DNA from: Bacteroidales bacterium
GTDB lineage: Bacteria > Bacteroidota > Bacteroidia > Bacteroidales > UBA932
NCBI GenBank assembly: GCA_024398125.1
Contig: JAKSJO010000003.1
Location: forward strand, 43,708-107,707
Reading direction: 5' to 3'
DNA: 64,000 nucleotides
Part shown: piece by piece, positions 28,773 through 38,577 of the stretch
How the letters are laid out: each line of letters opens with the position of its first letter
Numbering within the stretch: the first letter of the stretch is position 1
Position numbers and translations under genes: made by a program
The notes under the pieces: model-generated
Told to the model about the DNA's origin: nothing
Database searches by the model: none
What the model saw: the letters and a program-made list of their open reading frames with translations, nothing else

Positions 28773-30122
28773 TTATACGTCAGGCCAGTCAAAGCGCTCG
28801 ATGTCTTCTTCGACCAGCGGTGCTCCTGCCTGGACTTCTATGAATGTCAGATGGCTATCCAGTGCCTTGATCGCATGAAGCTGGCCGACCTTGATGTCGA
28901 GAACGTCTCCGCGGCCTACCTCACGGGCCTTGCCGTCCAGGATGAAAAGGCCATGTCCGTCTGTCACTGTCCATACTTCCGAGCGGTGATGATGGACCTG
29001 ATAACTGATACAGCAGCCCGGATTTAGCGTGATTGTCTTTGTCAGTTCCTCAAATCCGTCCGGATACTTCTGGTAGTTCAGCACACGATAGGTTCCCCAT
29101 CGGCGTTCCTCGTACATTGGACGGCGTTTGAGACCGATCACGTAGTCCTTGATACGGTCGCTCTGGTCTCTGCCGCAGACAAGGATGCCATCCGGACCTG
29201 CGGCTACGACAATGTCACGGACACCCTCGCAAAGCAAAGGCATATCCAGTTCATTGAGTACTGTCGCGTGACGTACATTGCTGCCCATGATTACATCGCC
29301 GATGACCTGGCTATGCAACCTTCTCGACAAGGCGTTCCAAGTCCCCAGATCCTCCCACTGGCCATCGAAAGGGATGACGCCGAGATTCTCGGCCTTTTCC
29401 ACAACCTCATAGTCGAAGCTGATCTTCGGCATGTCACAATAACGGGCACGGAGATCGGCAAACGAATCCTCCTTTACATATTCCCAAACATAGGAACAGA
29501 GTCTGCCAAGCTTGAGGGCAAAGACACCACCATTCCACAATGCGCCTTGGGAAATAAGATCATGTGCAGACTGCGCGCTAGGCTTTTCGACAAAGCGCGA
29601 CACATGGTACATTCCATTTGCGTCGGCGATGCCATCCTGTGGAAGGATATAACCAAAGCTGGTCGAATCGTAGCGAGGTCTTATTCCCATCAGCACAAGA
29701 TCCGCTGTCCCGCAGTCAACGGACTTAGCCATTGAAGCTATGACATCAAAGTAACCGTCTTCGGTATATGGGTCGCAAGGCATGATGACCACAGTCTCGT
29801 CAAGAGGACATCCCTTCTCCAGCCTGAGCCATTCGGCAGTAAGCGATATTGCCGGGAAAGTGTCACGCCTTTCAGGCTCAGTCACGATGTCGACACGTCC
29901 TCCAAGCTGGGACAGGATAGGGTCTCGCTGAGCGATGTTGGTGGCAATGGTTATGTCACAGTCAAGCCCGGACTTGCGGATCTGACGTTCGATACGGCAG
30001 ATCATGGACTCCGAGCCACCGTCAGGAGCTTCAAGAAGGGACAGGAACTGCTTGCTTCGAGCATCATTGGAAAGCGGCCAGAGGCTCTTTCCCGATCCAC
30101 CGGATAATAGTATCAGCTGCAT
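28773..30122 (-). CDS. Mannose-1-phosphate guanylyltransferase-like protein with C-terminal cupin
   Basis: SGGSGKSLWPLS..SKQF, FVEKP, LWNGG, KISFDYEVVEK, W.DLGTW, EERRWG, ISYQVH.HRSEVW. Confidence 0.88.
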   Translation of the reverse strand: MQLILLSGGSGKSLWPLSNDARSKQFLSLLEAPDGGSESMICRIERQIRKSGLDCDITIATNIAQRDPILSQLGGRVDIVTEPERRDTFPAISLTAEWLRLEKGCPLDETVVIMPCDPYTEDGYFDVIASMAKSVDCGTADLVLMGIRPRYDSTSFGYILPQDGIADANGMYHVSRFVEKPSAQSAHDLISQGALWNGGVFALKLGRLCSYVWEYVKEDSFADLRARYCDMPKISFDYEVVEKAENLGVIPFDGQWEDLGTWNALSRRLHSQVIGDVIMGSNVRHATVLNELDMPLLCEGVRDIVVAAGPDGILVCGRDQSDRIKDYVIGLKRRPMYEERRWGTYRVLNYQKYPDGFEELTKTITLNPGCCISYQVHHHRSEVWTVTDGHGLFILDGKAREVGRGDVLDIKVGQLHAIKALDSHLTFIEVQAGAPLVEEDIERFDWPDV

Positions 30123-30143
30123 CTTTTTTTCGATTTACAGATT

Positions 30144-31577
30144 CTACATGAAAAAACGGTCATTGAAGTTGACCAGATACACCTTGTCTACAGCTCTTGT
30201 CAACGCAGTGTACAGCCACTTCAGATCATCCACCGTCTGCTCATCCTGCCAGAACGGGCAGTCGATGAATACACATTTCCACTGGCCACCCTGCGATTTG
30301 TGACAGGTAATGGCAGCGGCATATTTTAGCTGGAGCGCATTGAAGAAAGGATCCTCACGGACGGCTTCCCAGCGCTTCTTCTTCGATGTGATATGTGAGT
30401 AGTCAGCATTGACGCCTTCATACAGGGCATTCTGCTGCTCATATGTAAGCGAAGCTGATTCACTGCACAGAGTATCAAGGCATACCTTGGCTGTTATCTC
30501 GCGCCCATCATAGTCAGGGAAGCAAAGGCTTGCATCCGCGAAATGAAGTCCGTAACGCTCGACCTGGCGTCCCAGCCTCACCAGCTCTGCCATATCACCG
30601 TTTGCAATATAATCCATTTCCGGGACATCTTCCAGAAATTGATAGCAATTCTTCACTATCATAAGCCTGTCTCCTCGCAGAAGCTGTTCTTCGCGGTACT
30701 GTACTGTCGAACGTATGCCAAGATTGTATCGTATCGCGCGCTTATTGGAGCGGCACAGTATCATGGTTTCCTCCTCTCCGTACTTCGAATAGGCGTCATT
30801 GATCGTCTCGATGAGGTCTCCCCCGCTTATCCTTTCTATGTCATCATATCCGTCGACATCAAGCAAGAGGTCCGGGATGGTCTCATACGGCTCAGTATAG
30901 GATATCGTCTCGCGGAGCATGGTAGCATTGGCAAGGATGCCGGACTCCTGCTTCTGACGCACTACAGTCGTCAGCTCGAGATAGCGTACTCCCCCGAAGT
31001 TGTCCATATATGAAGCATCAAGAGCCGGACTGGTCTCAAGACCGACAGGAGGCAGCTGGGCACAGTCTCCAAGCATTATCATACGGTTCCCCGATCCACT
31101 GCGCACGAAGGAAACAAGATCCTCCAGCAGATTTCCTGAGCCGAACGCGGCAAAACCCTGACGTTCCGCAGCCTCGGAGCCTATCAACGACACCTCATCG
31201 ACTATGAACAGCGTATCGCTGGACTTGTTCGGCGCCAGGCTGAAATTTCCGTAGCCGGCATCGCCGACAGACTTCTGACGGTATATGTGTTTGTGTATGG
31301 TAGATGCCTTGCGTCCTGAATGATGGGACAGAACCTTTGCCGCACGTCCGGTCGGCGCCAGGAGCACGCATGGCACCTTCATATCGAGCATTGTATTGAT
31401 GATGGCGGAAATAGCGGTAGTCTTTCCCGTGCCGGCATAGCCGTTTACTACCATGATGTCTGCATCATCGCCTGTCATGAATTCGGCAGCCTCGGCCAGC
31501 ATGTTTTCCTGGCAAGGTGTCGGTTCATAGGCAAGACGGGCCATGAACATATTGCAAAGCATTCCTGCCCTGTCCAT
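30144..31577 (-). CDS. RecD-like ATP-dependent helicase/exoDNase (SF1B)
   Basis: GYAGTGKT, LAPTGRAAK, GDCAQLPPV, VVRQ, AITCHKSQG, YTALTRA. Confidence 0.9.
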   Translation of the reverse strand: MDRAGMLCNMFMARLAYEPTPCQENMLAEAAEFMTGDDADIMVVNGYAGTGKTTAISAIINTMLDMKVPCVLLAPTGRAAKVLSHHSGRKASTIHKHIYRQKSVGDAGYGNFSLAPNKSSDTLFIVDEVSLIGSEAAERQGFAAFGSGNLLEDLVSFVRSGSGNRMIMLGDCAQLPPVGLETSPALDASYMDNFGGVRYLELTTVVRQKQESGILANATMLRETISYTEPYETIPDLLLDVDGYDDIERISGGDLIETINDAYSKYGEEETMILCRSNKRAIRYNLGIRSTVQYREEQLLRGDRLMIVKNCYQFLEDVPEMDYIANGDMAELVRLGRQVERYGLHFADASLCFPDYDGREITAKVCLDTLCSESASLTYEQQNALYEGVNADYSHITSKKKRWEAVREDPFFNALQLKYAAAITCHKSQGGQWKCVFIDCPFWQDEQTVDDLKWLYTALTRAVDKVYLVNFNDRFFM

Positions 31578-31578
31578 G

Positions 31579-33042
31579 CTAGAGATCCTTCTTGCGGTTG
31601 AACAGCATGGCAGCTACAGCAAGCGCCGGATAGATCTCGATACGGCCGAGGAACATATCTATCGTAAAGAGGAGCTTTGCCGAAGATGGGAGTGTGTTGA
31701 AGCTTCCCATTGTACCCAGTTCCTGGATAGCAGGACCGACGTTGCTCATCGACGACAGCGATCCTGCAAAAGCATTATGTGGAGAAATACCCAGAATCAA
31801 GGCTATCAGAACCGATATCGCAAGCAGGAATGAGAATAATACGAGATACAGTATATGGGGAGCTATTTCATCCTCCTTGAGATAGTGGCCGCCAAGACGA
31901 ACTCCCATGACATTTGAAGGATGAAGGGTCATCTTTATCTGGCGTCCTATGGTCTTGATGAACACAAGAACTCGGTCTGCCTTAACACCGCCTGTGGTCG
32001 ATCCTGCACATCCGCACATGACGGTCATGAAAAACAGGATGAGGCTGGACACCATTGGCCATTCGGCATTGTCGACAGTCGCAAATCCCGTCGTCGATGC
32101 AACGGCAAGGGTCTGGAATGCACTGTCCCAAATGGCATTGTGCCATGTTGGAAGCACGCCGCGAGTCTTCAGCGAGATAGAAAGCATGGCGGTGAAGAAC
32201 ACCAGAGACAGCGCGTAGAACTTTAGTACAGGGTTGTTGAAAGGCTTTAACGATCTGTTTGCAACAGACGAGTAAATGAGTCCGAAATGGATGGACGCTG
32301 CAAACATGAAGAACATTGTGATGCCTTCTATCAGCCTTGAGTCGAAACTTGCTATGGACAGTCCTTTGGTCGAGAAGCCTCCTGTTGCACACACGCTGAA
32401 TGCATGGTTGATTGCATCAAAAGGAGTCATGCCGGCAAGCAGATAAGCCACGAATGCGACAAGGGTAAGACCAAGATATACCTCCGAAAAAATGAAGACC
32501 GTCTTGTTCGCGCGGCTGTGATAAGTATCCTTGCTGAGCGACGACAGCTCCATATTGGTCAGTCTCATTCGTATAGGACTTGAGTTCGGTATTATCAGAA
32601 GCAGGAATACGACAACTCCCAAGCCACCTATGAAATGGGTGGAACTGCGCCAGAACAGCAGGCTGTGAGGCAACGCTTCGATGTCCTCCAGTATAGTTGC
32701 ACCGGTAGTGGTGAAGCCCGAGACGCTCTCGAACCATGCATTCATGACCGTGAACTGGTCCCCACCCCAAAGAACAAAAGGAAGGGAGCCAAAGATGAAG
32801 GAAAGCAGCCAGGAAAGGACGATTATCACATATCCATCGCGCAAGGTGATGGCAGTTGCCTTGCGGACAAAAATGAACGGAAAGGCACCGGCCGATGCTG
32901 TTATCAGGAATGAAATGACAAGGGCAGTGAGAGCGCTGTCATTGCCATACATGACACTGACAATGATGGATAGAAACATGAAGAATGCACTTGCAAGCAG
33001 TGCTAGTCCAACGTTCCTGCTTATCGCCTTAAAGTTCAGCAT
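31579..33042 (-). CDS. trkH: TrkH family potassium uptake permease
   Basis: FESVSGFTTTG, CATGGFS, STTGF, GSTTGG.K..R, SNVGP, GRIEI. Confidence 0.93.
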   Translation of the reverse strand: MLNFKAISRNVGLALLASAFFMFLSIIVSVMYGNDSALTALVISFLITASAGAFPFIFVRKATAITLRDGYVIIVLSWLLSFIFGSLPFVLWGGDQFTVMNAWFESVSGFTTTGATILEDIEALPHSLLFWRSSTHFIGGLGVVVFLLLIIPNSSPIRMRLTNMELSSLSKDTYHSRANKTVFIFSEVYLGLTLVAFVAYLLAGMTPFDAINHAFSVCATGGFSTKGLSIASFDSRLIEGITMFFMFAASIHFGLIYSSVANRSLKPFNNPVLKFYALSLVFFTAMLSISLKTRGVLPTWHNAIWDSAFQTLAVASTTGFATVDNAEWPMVSSLILFFMTVMCGCAGSTTGGVKADRVLVFIKTIGRQIKMTLHPSNVMGVRLGGHYLKEDEIAPHILYLVLFSFLLAISVLIALILGISPHNAFAGSLSSMSNVGPAIQELGTMGSFNTLPSSAKLLFTIDMFLGRIEIYPALAVAAMLFNRKKDL

Positions 33043-33859
33043 GGCGGTTCTGGATAAAATGCCTGCGCATGTGGTCGTTCTCCTCCGTCAGGTCCTTGAT
33101 CGCAGAATTCAGTTCTGAGAGCTGGTCATCACCATCGAACTCGCAATGATAGTGCTTATGGGAGTCATTGAAATCGTTCAGTGACTTGAGCATCCTGTAC
33201 AGTGGCTTGACATAATAGACATTGATGAAAAAGAAAAGCCAAAGCAAGAGAAGGATGCATACGGCAATGGCAACAAAACCAGGGACGACGCTTCTGTAAT
33301 AGCCGCGGTCAAAGGTAGCCGAACTGCGTCTCAGGCCGGCAAATATGTCATCACTCATATCATCCAGACACTGGGAAAGCTTTTCATACTCTGGCTGGAG
33401 GCTGCCGAAAAACCAGTCTCTTGTGTCGATGAAGTCGGAGAGCAATACATTGGAAAGATCCTGGGTCTTGACCATGTAGCTCTTCCAGGCCATGAGCACG
33501 CTGTCTGCAAGAGGCTCAATCCTTTCGGAACGAACCCTGGACTTCAATTCCTCGATACGTGCAGGAAATGTCGCAGAGTGGTCCGCAACAGGAATCTCAG
33601 CACTGATATCATCATCTCCTACCACATTCAGGACCTTCAGATGGTACTCGTTGCAGTCGTTGGAAAGACTTCTGGCTATGTTTATGCATTCAATGTCTCC
33701 GGCGATGAGGCTGGAAACATAGTTGCTCATACGGCTATACATCACCATGGTAATCGCACATGCGACAACCATGACAAGAGCGATTGTACCGAGGCTAAGC
33801 GCTAGCTTTGCCTTGAGAGTCAGAGCCTTTGACTCCTTTTTTCGTAGAAACTTGGCCAT
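33029..33859 (-). CDS. Membrane protein: TM-four-helix bundle sensor-TM-HAMP-like, no output domain
   Basis: KLALSLGTIALVMVV TM1, helical periplasmic region, TM2, YVKPL..M..L and DDQLSELNSAIKDL HAMP-like pattern, then stop. Confidence 0.7.
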   Translation of the reverse strand: MAKFLRKKESKALTLKAKLALSLGTIALVMVVACAITMVMYSRMSNYVSSLIAGDIECINIARSLSNDCNEYHLKVLNVVGDDDISAEIPVADHSATFPARIEELKSRVRSERIEPLADSVLMAWKSYMVKTQDLSNVLLSDFIDTRDWFFGSLQPEYEKLSQCLDDMSDDIFAGLRRSSATFDRGYYRSVVPGFVAIAVCILLLLWLFFFINVYYVKPLYRMLKSLNDFNDSHKHYHCEFDGDDQLSELNSAIKDLTEENDHMRRHFIQNRHAEL

Positions 33860-33860
33860 G

Positions 33861-35069
33861 TTACATCAGTTTCATGAACTTGCTTCGGGCAAGCATACAG
33901 TTTCCAAACGGTGCAGCACGACGTCCAAGCTCAGAGAAGCGGATGACTGTGTCGCTGCTGACGCGGCTGAGTGAATGCTTGTTGATTGCGGAACGGATAG
34001 GGAGCATGAGGTAATCCTTGCCGACCATAAGACGTCCACCTATGATTACCATGCCTGGATTGAAGATGTTGATAAGTCCGGCGATGCTTCTGCCCAGTGT
34101 ATGACCGATCTGCTCAATACCCTCGATGGCGAGAACATCCTCATCCTCGACAGCCTTCAATATCTCGTCAAGGGAAACGTCTCCCTTTTCATTGTAGATT
34201 TCCGAAAGAGATGAGGTCCTGCCTGCCTTGATCTGCTCGATGAGATTGGCGTGAAGAGCCGAGCCTGAAGCTTCGGTCTCAAGACAGCCTATCTTGCCGC
34301 AGCGGCATATCCTGTTGTTATGAAGAAGCGGGAAATGACCTATCTCTCCAGAAAAGCCGCTGACTCCGTAATAGAGCTCGCCTCCAAGGATGAGGCCCAT
34401 GCCAAGTCCCCAGCTCACGTTGATGAACAAGGTATTCGGATTGGCCTTTGCAGGATTGCTTATATACTCGCCATAGGTCATGGCACGGGAGTCATTCTCA
34501 ATACTCACATTAACGCCGAGTTCCTGCTCAAAGAAAGACTTGAGCGGAAGGTCCTCGCTGACAGAGTAAGTAAGGCTGTATCCCTTTTCAGGATTGACAC
34601 GGCCGGACAGGCTGACACCGACAGCAAGGACTTCATGCCAGGCGATGCCGGTATTGTTTACTGTATCCTTGATCTTGGCGCAGAGGGAGCGGAAAGACAT
34701 GGTTGTAGCTTCAAGGACGAAGTCTACATCCTGGACATAGTTGATGAGCTTGCCGCTGAAGTCCGCGATTCCCATATGTAGATGCTGACGGCCGATGTCG
34801 ACGCCGATGAAGTATCCGGCTCCGGGGTTGAGTCCGAATATGCTTGGACGACGTCCTCCAGCTGTTCCCTGCTTTCCGAGATCCAGTATGAATCCATCCT
34901 CGATAAGCTCACCGATGAGCTTGGTCACGGTAGGAACGCTTGCATTGATTTCGCGGCTGAAGTCCGCGATGCTGTATTTGCCACCCTTGATACAGAGGCG
35001 GATGATCTTTTTCTTTAAAATTGCGTTTTTGCTTTCCGCATCGGCAAGAAAGGCAATTCTACTCTTCAT
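33861..35069 (-). CDS. ROK family transcriptional regulator
   Basis: HTH SVPTVTKLIGEL, GGRRP, GVDIG, ENDSRA, GEIGH, CRCGKIGCLETEASG. Confidence 0.93.
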   Translation of the reverse strand: MKSRIAFLADAESKNAILKKKIIRLCIKGGKYSIADFSREINASVPTVTKLIGELIEDGFILDLGKQGTAGGRRPSIFGLNPGAGYFIGVDIGRQHLHMGIADFSGKLINYVQDVDFVLEATTMSFRSLCAKIKDTVNNTGIAWHEVLAVGVSLSGRVNPEKGYSLTYSVSEDLPLKSFFEQELGVNVSIENDSRAMTYGEYISNPAKANPNTLFINVSWGLGMGLILGGELYYGVSGFSGEIGHFPLLHNNRICRCGKIGCLETEASGSALHANLIEQIKAGRTSSLSEIYNEKGDVSLDEILKAVEDEDVLAIEGIEQIGHTLGRSIAGLINIFNPGMVIIGGRLMVGKDYLMLPIRSAINKHSLSRVSSDTVIRFSELGRRAAPFGNCMLARSKFMKLM

Positions 35070-35116
35070 GTTTAACTATTTGTTAGTTCTATAGGTGTGG
35101 TTTGGTCTTAGTTATG

Positions 35117-35124
35117 CAAATATA
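35117..35124 (-). promoter_or_regulatory. -7 box of ROK operon
   Basis: TATATTTG on minus strand about 50 bp before the ATG. Confidence 0.6.
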
Positions 35125-35222
35125 TAGATTAGTTTTACAAAATACTTTATCAATTATTAATAAATTTGAATATCTGGGCTTTAACAATGCCCAAATTTGG
35201 GTTTCTACACCCATACGCACAT

Positions 35223-35250
35223 AAAAAGGAGCGACCGGAAGGCCGCTCCT
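35223..35250 (-). terminator. Intrinsic terminator of glnS
   Basis: Minus strand AGGAGCGGCC-TTCC-GGTCGCTCCT followed by TTTT. Confidence 0.85.
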
Positions 35251-35272
35251 GTAATAATCCAAACGCTCTTTA

Positions 35273-36952
35273 CTAGAACTTGAATGAATCCTTGAGCGCA
35301 GTAGTCTTGTTGTATACAGCAAGTTCAGGAGTACTGTCCGGATCACGGTGGAAGTATCCAACGCGCTCGAACTGAACTGCAATACCTGTGTTGTCCTCAA
35401 GAAGAGCAGGCTCAGCATATCCCTTTACGACTGTAAGAGACTCAGGATTGAGATAATCCTTGTAGTCCTTGTCCTCAGGGATGTCGTTCATATCCTCCTT
35501 CACGAAGAGCTTGTCGTAATTGCGTACCTCAAGTTCCTTCATGTACTCGGTTGAAACCCAGTGGATGGTGCCCTTGACAGCACGATACTCTCCATTGCGG
35601 CCAGTGGTAGGGTCATAGGTACACTTGAGTTCCACAACCTTGCCGTTTTCATCCTTGATCACTTCGTTGCACTTGATGATATAGGTGTACTTGAGACGTA
35701 CCTCTCCGTCCGGCTTGAGACGGAAGAACTTCTTCGGCGCATCCTCCATGAAGTCACTGCGGTCGATAAGAAGCTCGCCGGTGAAAGGAACGTTGCGCTT
35801 TGCACCCTCAGGGTCTGCCGGGTTGAGCGGGCAATCGAACCACTCTACCTTGCCTGGTTCCCAGTTGGTGATGGTAAGCTTGATAGGGTCGTCGCTTACT
35901 ACCATGTATCTGTTTGAACGTGCATTGAGGTCCTGACGAACACACCACTCGAGAAGCTGGAGATCCATCATCTGGTCACGCTTGCTCACTCCGATCTTGT
36001 CACAGAACATCTTGAGCGCCTCAGCTGTATATCCGCGGCGGCGTACGCCACAGAGAGTAGGCATTCTTGGGTCATCCCAGCCGCTCACAAGGCCCTTCTG
36101 GACAAGTTCAAGAAGCTTGCGCTTGCTCATGAGGGTGTATGTAAGGTTCAGGCGGGCAAACTCATACTGATGTGACGGGAAGATTCCGAGAGTCTGGATG
36201 AACCAGTCATAGAGCGGACGGTGTACATCAAACTCGAGGGTACAGATTGAATGGGTGATATGCTCGATCGAATCGCACTGACCATGGGTATAGTCATACA
36301 TAGGATAGATGCACCATTTGTCACCTGTACGATGATGGCTGGCATGCTTGATACGGTACAGGATAGGATCGCGGAACATCATGTTTGGATGTGCCATGTC
36401 GATCTTGGCGCGAAGCACCTTCTCTCCGTCGGCATACTTGCCTGCCTTCATGTCGCGGAACAGCTGGAGATTCTCCTCCACACTGCGGTTGCGGTATGGG
36501 CTGTCAGTTCCGGGGGTCTCGACGGTACCGCGGTTGGCACGCATCTCCTCCTGATTCTGGTCGTCCACGTATGCGAGGCCGCGCTTGATCATGTCCTCTG
36601 CCCACTCATAGAGCTGGTCGAAATAGTCTGATGCATATTTCTCTTCAGCCCACTCGAAGCCGAGCCACTTGATGTCTTCCTTGATTGCATCGACGTACTC
36701 GGTATCTTCCTTTACCGGGTTTGTATCGTCATAGCGGAGATTGGTCTTTCCACCATACTTCATCGCGAGTCCGAAATTGATGCAAAGACTCTTTGCGTGT
36801 CCAAGATGGAGATAACCGTTTGGCTCCGGAGGGAAACGGGTAAGGATGCTTTCGTACTTACCTGAACGAAGGTCTTCCTCGATGATTTCCTCAAGGAAGT
36901 TCAGTTTCTTCTCCTCTGCAGGAGCCGCAGTATTGACTGTCTCTTCAATCAT
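35273..36952 (-). CDS. glnS: Glutamine--tRNA ligase
   Basis: TRFPPEPNGYLHLGHAKS, HSICTLEF, LMSKRKL, WDDPRMPT, QFERVGYF. Confidence 0.97.
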   Translation of the reverse strand: MIEETVNTAAPAEEKKLNFLEEIIEEDLRSGKYESILTRFPPEPNGYLHLGHAKSLCINFGLAMKYGGKTNLRYDDTNPVKEDTEYVDAIKEDIKWLGFEWAEEKYASDYFDQLYEWAEDMIKRGLAYVDDQNQEEMRANRGTVETPGTDSPYRNRSVEENLQLFRDMKAGKYADGEKVLRAKIDMAHPNMMFRDPILYRIKHASHHRTGDKWCIYPMYDYTHGQCDSIEHITHSICTLEFDVHRPLYDWFIQTLGIFPSHQYEFARLNLTYTLMSKRKLLELVQKGLVSGWDDPRMPTLCGVRRRGYTAEALKMFCDKIGVSKRDQMMDLQLLEWCVRQDLNARSNRYMVVSDDPIKLTITNWEPGKVEWFDCPLNPADPEGAKRNVPFTGELLIDRSDFMEDAPKKFFRLKPDGEVRLKYTYIIKCNEVIKDENGKVVELKCTYDPTTGRNGEYRAVKGTIHWVSTEYMKELEVRNYDKLFVKEDMNDIPEDKDYKDYLNPESLTVVKGYAEPALLEDNTGIAVQFERVGYFHRDPDSTPELAVYNKTTALKDSFKF

Positions 36953-36978
36953 AATCTTTCTATTTGTGATGCGAAACG

Positions 36979-37007
36979 CAAAAATAACAATAATTATCGT
37001 ATTTTTG
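36979..37007. promoter_or_regulatory. Back-to-back divergent -7 boxes (glnS / yicC)
   Basis: CAAAAATA (36979-36986) and TATTTTTG (37000-37007) form an inverted pair 13 bp apart. Confidence 0.65.
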
Positions 37008-37025
37008 TGTCAAAACCATTGATAT

Positions 37026-37916
37026 ATGACAAAATCCATGACCGGCTACGGCAAGTCAGAGCTGACGCTCGAAGCCGGAAAGCTTACAATAGAAATCAGA
37101 ACCCTGAACGCAAAGGGCTGCGACGTAAACGTAAAGACCTCACTTCTCCCCAAGGACAAGGACCTTCTAGTACGCCAGAAGATTGCGAATGCACTCCAGC
37201 GCGGCACGATCGACTTCTACATGACATGGGAGCCTAACTCAGGAGATTCCGCAAAGACCATCAACAGCGAACTTGTGATGGCATATTACAGGCAGCTTCT
37301 CGCCATCAGGAAGGAAATAGGAATGATGGATCCAAATTCGGATCTCACCAAGACCCTCCTCCTCAACGATGCCTTGAGGATGCCTGAGGTCGTAGACGCC
37401 AAGAAGAGCGACGTCATCACCGAGGACAACTGGGCACAGGTTGAAGCCGCCATCGACAACACTCTCGCCGAAGTGAACGCTTTCCGCGTACGCGAAGGAG
37501 TTGCGTTGTACAACGACGTGACCTCGCGTGTCGCCAACATCCTGGCACTTGAGGACGAGGTCGAGAGCCTTGAAGGCGAGCGCATCGAGGCTGTACGCGC
37601 ACGTATCCTCAAGAACCTTGAAGACCTGGCACAGAAGCCGGACGAGAGCCGTTTCGAGCAGGAGATGATCTTCTATCTCGAGAAACTCGACATCAACGAG
37701 GAGAAGGTTCGCCTCCGCGAGCACTGCCGTTACTTCATGAGCGTCATAGACGGAGACGAGAATCCAGGAAAGAAGCTCGGATTCATCATCCAGGAGATGG
37801 GCCGCGAAATCAATACCACCGGATCAAAGGCCAACCATGCCGGCATCCAGAAGGCCGTGGTCCGCATGAAAGACGAGCTCGAGAAGATCCGCGAGCAGTC
37901 CATGAACATACTTTAG
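37026..37916 (+). CDS. yicC: YicC/YloC family endoribonuclease
   Basis: SMTGYG, RGTID, KLDINEEKVRL, GKKLGF..QEMGREINTTGSKAN, EKIREQ. Confidence 0.93.
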   Translation: MTKSMTGYGKSELTLEAGKLTIEIRTLNAKGCDVNVKTSLLPKDKDLLVRQKIANALQRGTIDFYMTWEPNSGDSAKTINSELVMAYYRQLLAIRKEIGMMDPNSDLTKTLLLNDALRMPEVVDAKKSDVITEDNWAQVEAAIDNTLAEVNAFRVREGVALYNDVTSRVANILALEDEVESLEGERIEAVRARILKNLEDLAQKPDESRFEQEMIFYLEKLDINEEKVRLREHCRYFMSVIDGDENPGKKLGFIIQEMGREINTTGSKANHAGIQKAVVRMKDELEKIREQSMNIL

Positions 37917-37918
37917 CC

Positions 37919-38491
37919 ATGAAGAAGATCCTCATCATTCTTGCAGCCGCCGCCATGATGCTTTCTTGCTCAGGCAGACAGCCTGATCCAGTTGCCCAGG
38001 CGCTCGAAGAGGCTGTGAAACTCAGCATCTCGGAGCCATGCAAGTTCAGGCTTTACACCCTCGAACTAACAGATTCCACGACTTTCCGCACCGAATTCGA
38101 GAGACGCGCCAAGGTCTTTGAAGTCAAGTCAAAGCGAGAAGGCGAGCTGTATTCCCGATACTTCACAGAGGGAAAGCCAAAGAACGCCGCAGTCCACATG
38201 GAGGCCATGACCAAGGCGAACAGAAACCATGAATCGCTTGACTCGCTCATGCACAGCCTGGAGCAGCGCCTTGACGACATAGCTTATTACGATTACAGGT
38301 TCTCAGGCAAGGCATACGGCGACAGCGGGGAAGTCGAGTACCACGACAGCTGGTTCACGATCACCCCTGACGGCAAGGTCCTGGCCATCACCCACGACAA
38401 GAAAGAATTGCACAAGAATGCCGGTCGAGCCATACCGGGCTACATGGATATCTTCAGGGCAGACGATGAAGACGAAGAGCTCCAGAATTAA
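37919..38491 (+). CDS. Hypothetical lipoprotein
   Basis: MKKILIILAAAAMMLSC lipobox; host-like codon usage; no recognised family. Confidence 0.75.
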   Translation: MKKILIILAAAAMMLSCSGRQPDPVAQALEEAVKLSISEPCKFRLYTLELTDSTTFRTEFERRAKVFEVKSKREGELYSRYFTEGKPKNAAVHMEAMTKANRNHESLDSLMHSLEQRLDDIAYYDYRFSGKAYGDSGEVEYHDSWFTITPDGKVLAITHDKKELHKNAGRAIPGYMDIFRADDEDEELQN

Positions 38492-38546
38492 TCGACAGAC
38501 AGTATCGAGAGTCCGATAAACGATTGCGTTTTTCGGACTTTTTCAT

Positions 38547-38554
38547 TAAGTTTG
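38547..38554 (+). promoter_or_regulatory. -7 box of dnaN operon
   Basis: TAAGTTTG about 24 bp before the ATG. Confidence 0.6.
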
Positions 38555-38577
38555 CACATAAACAAAAAGTAACCACA

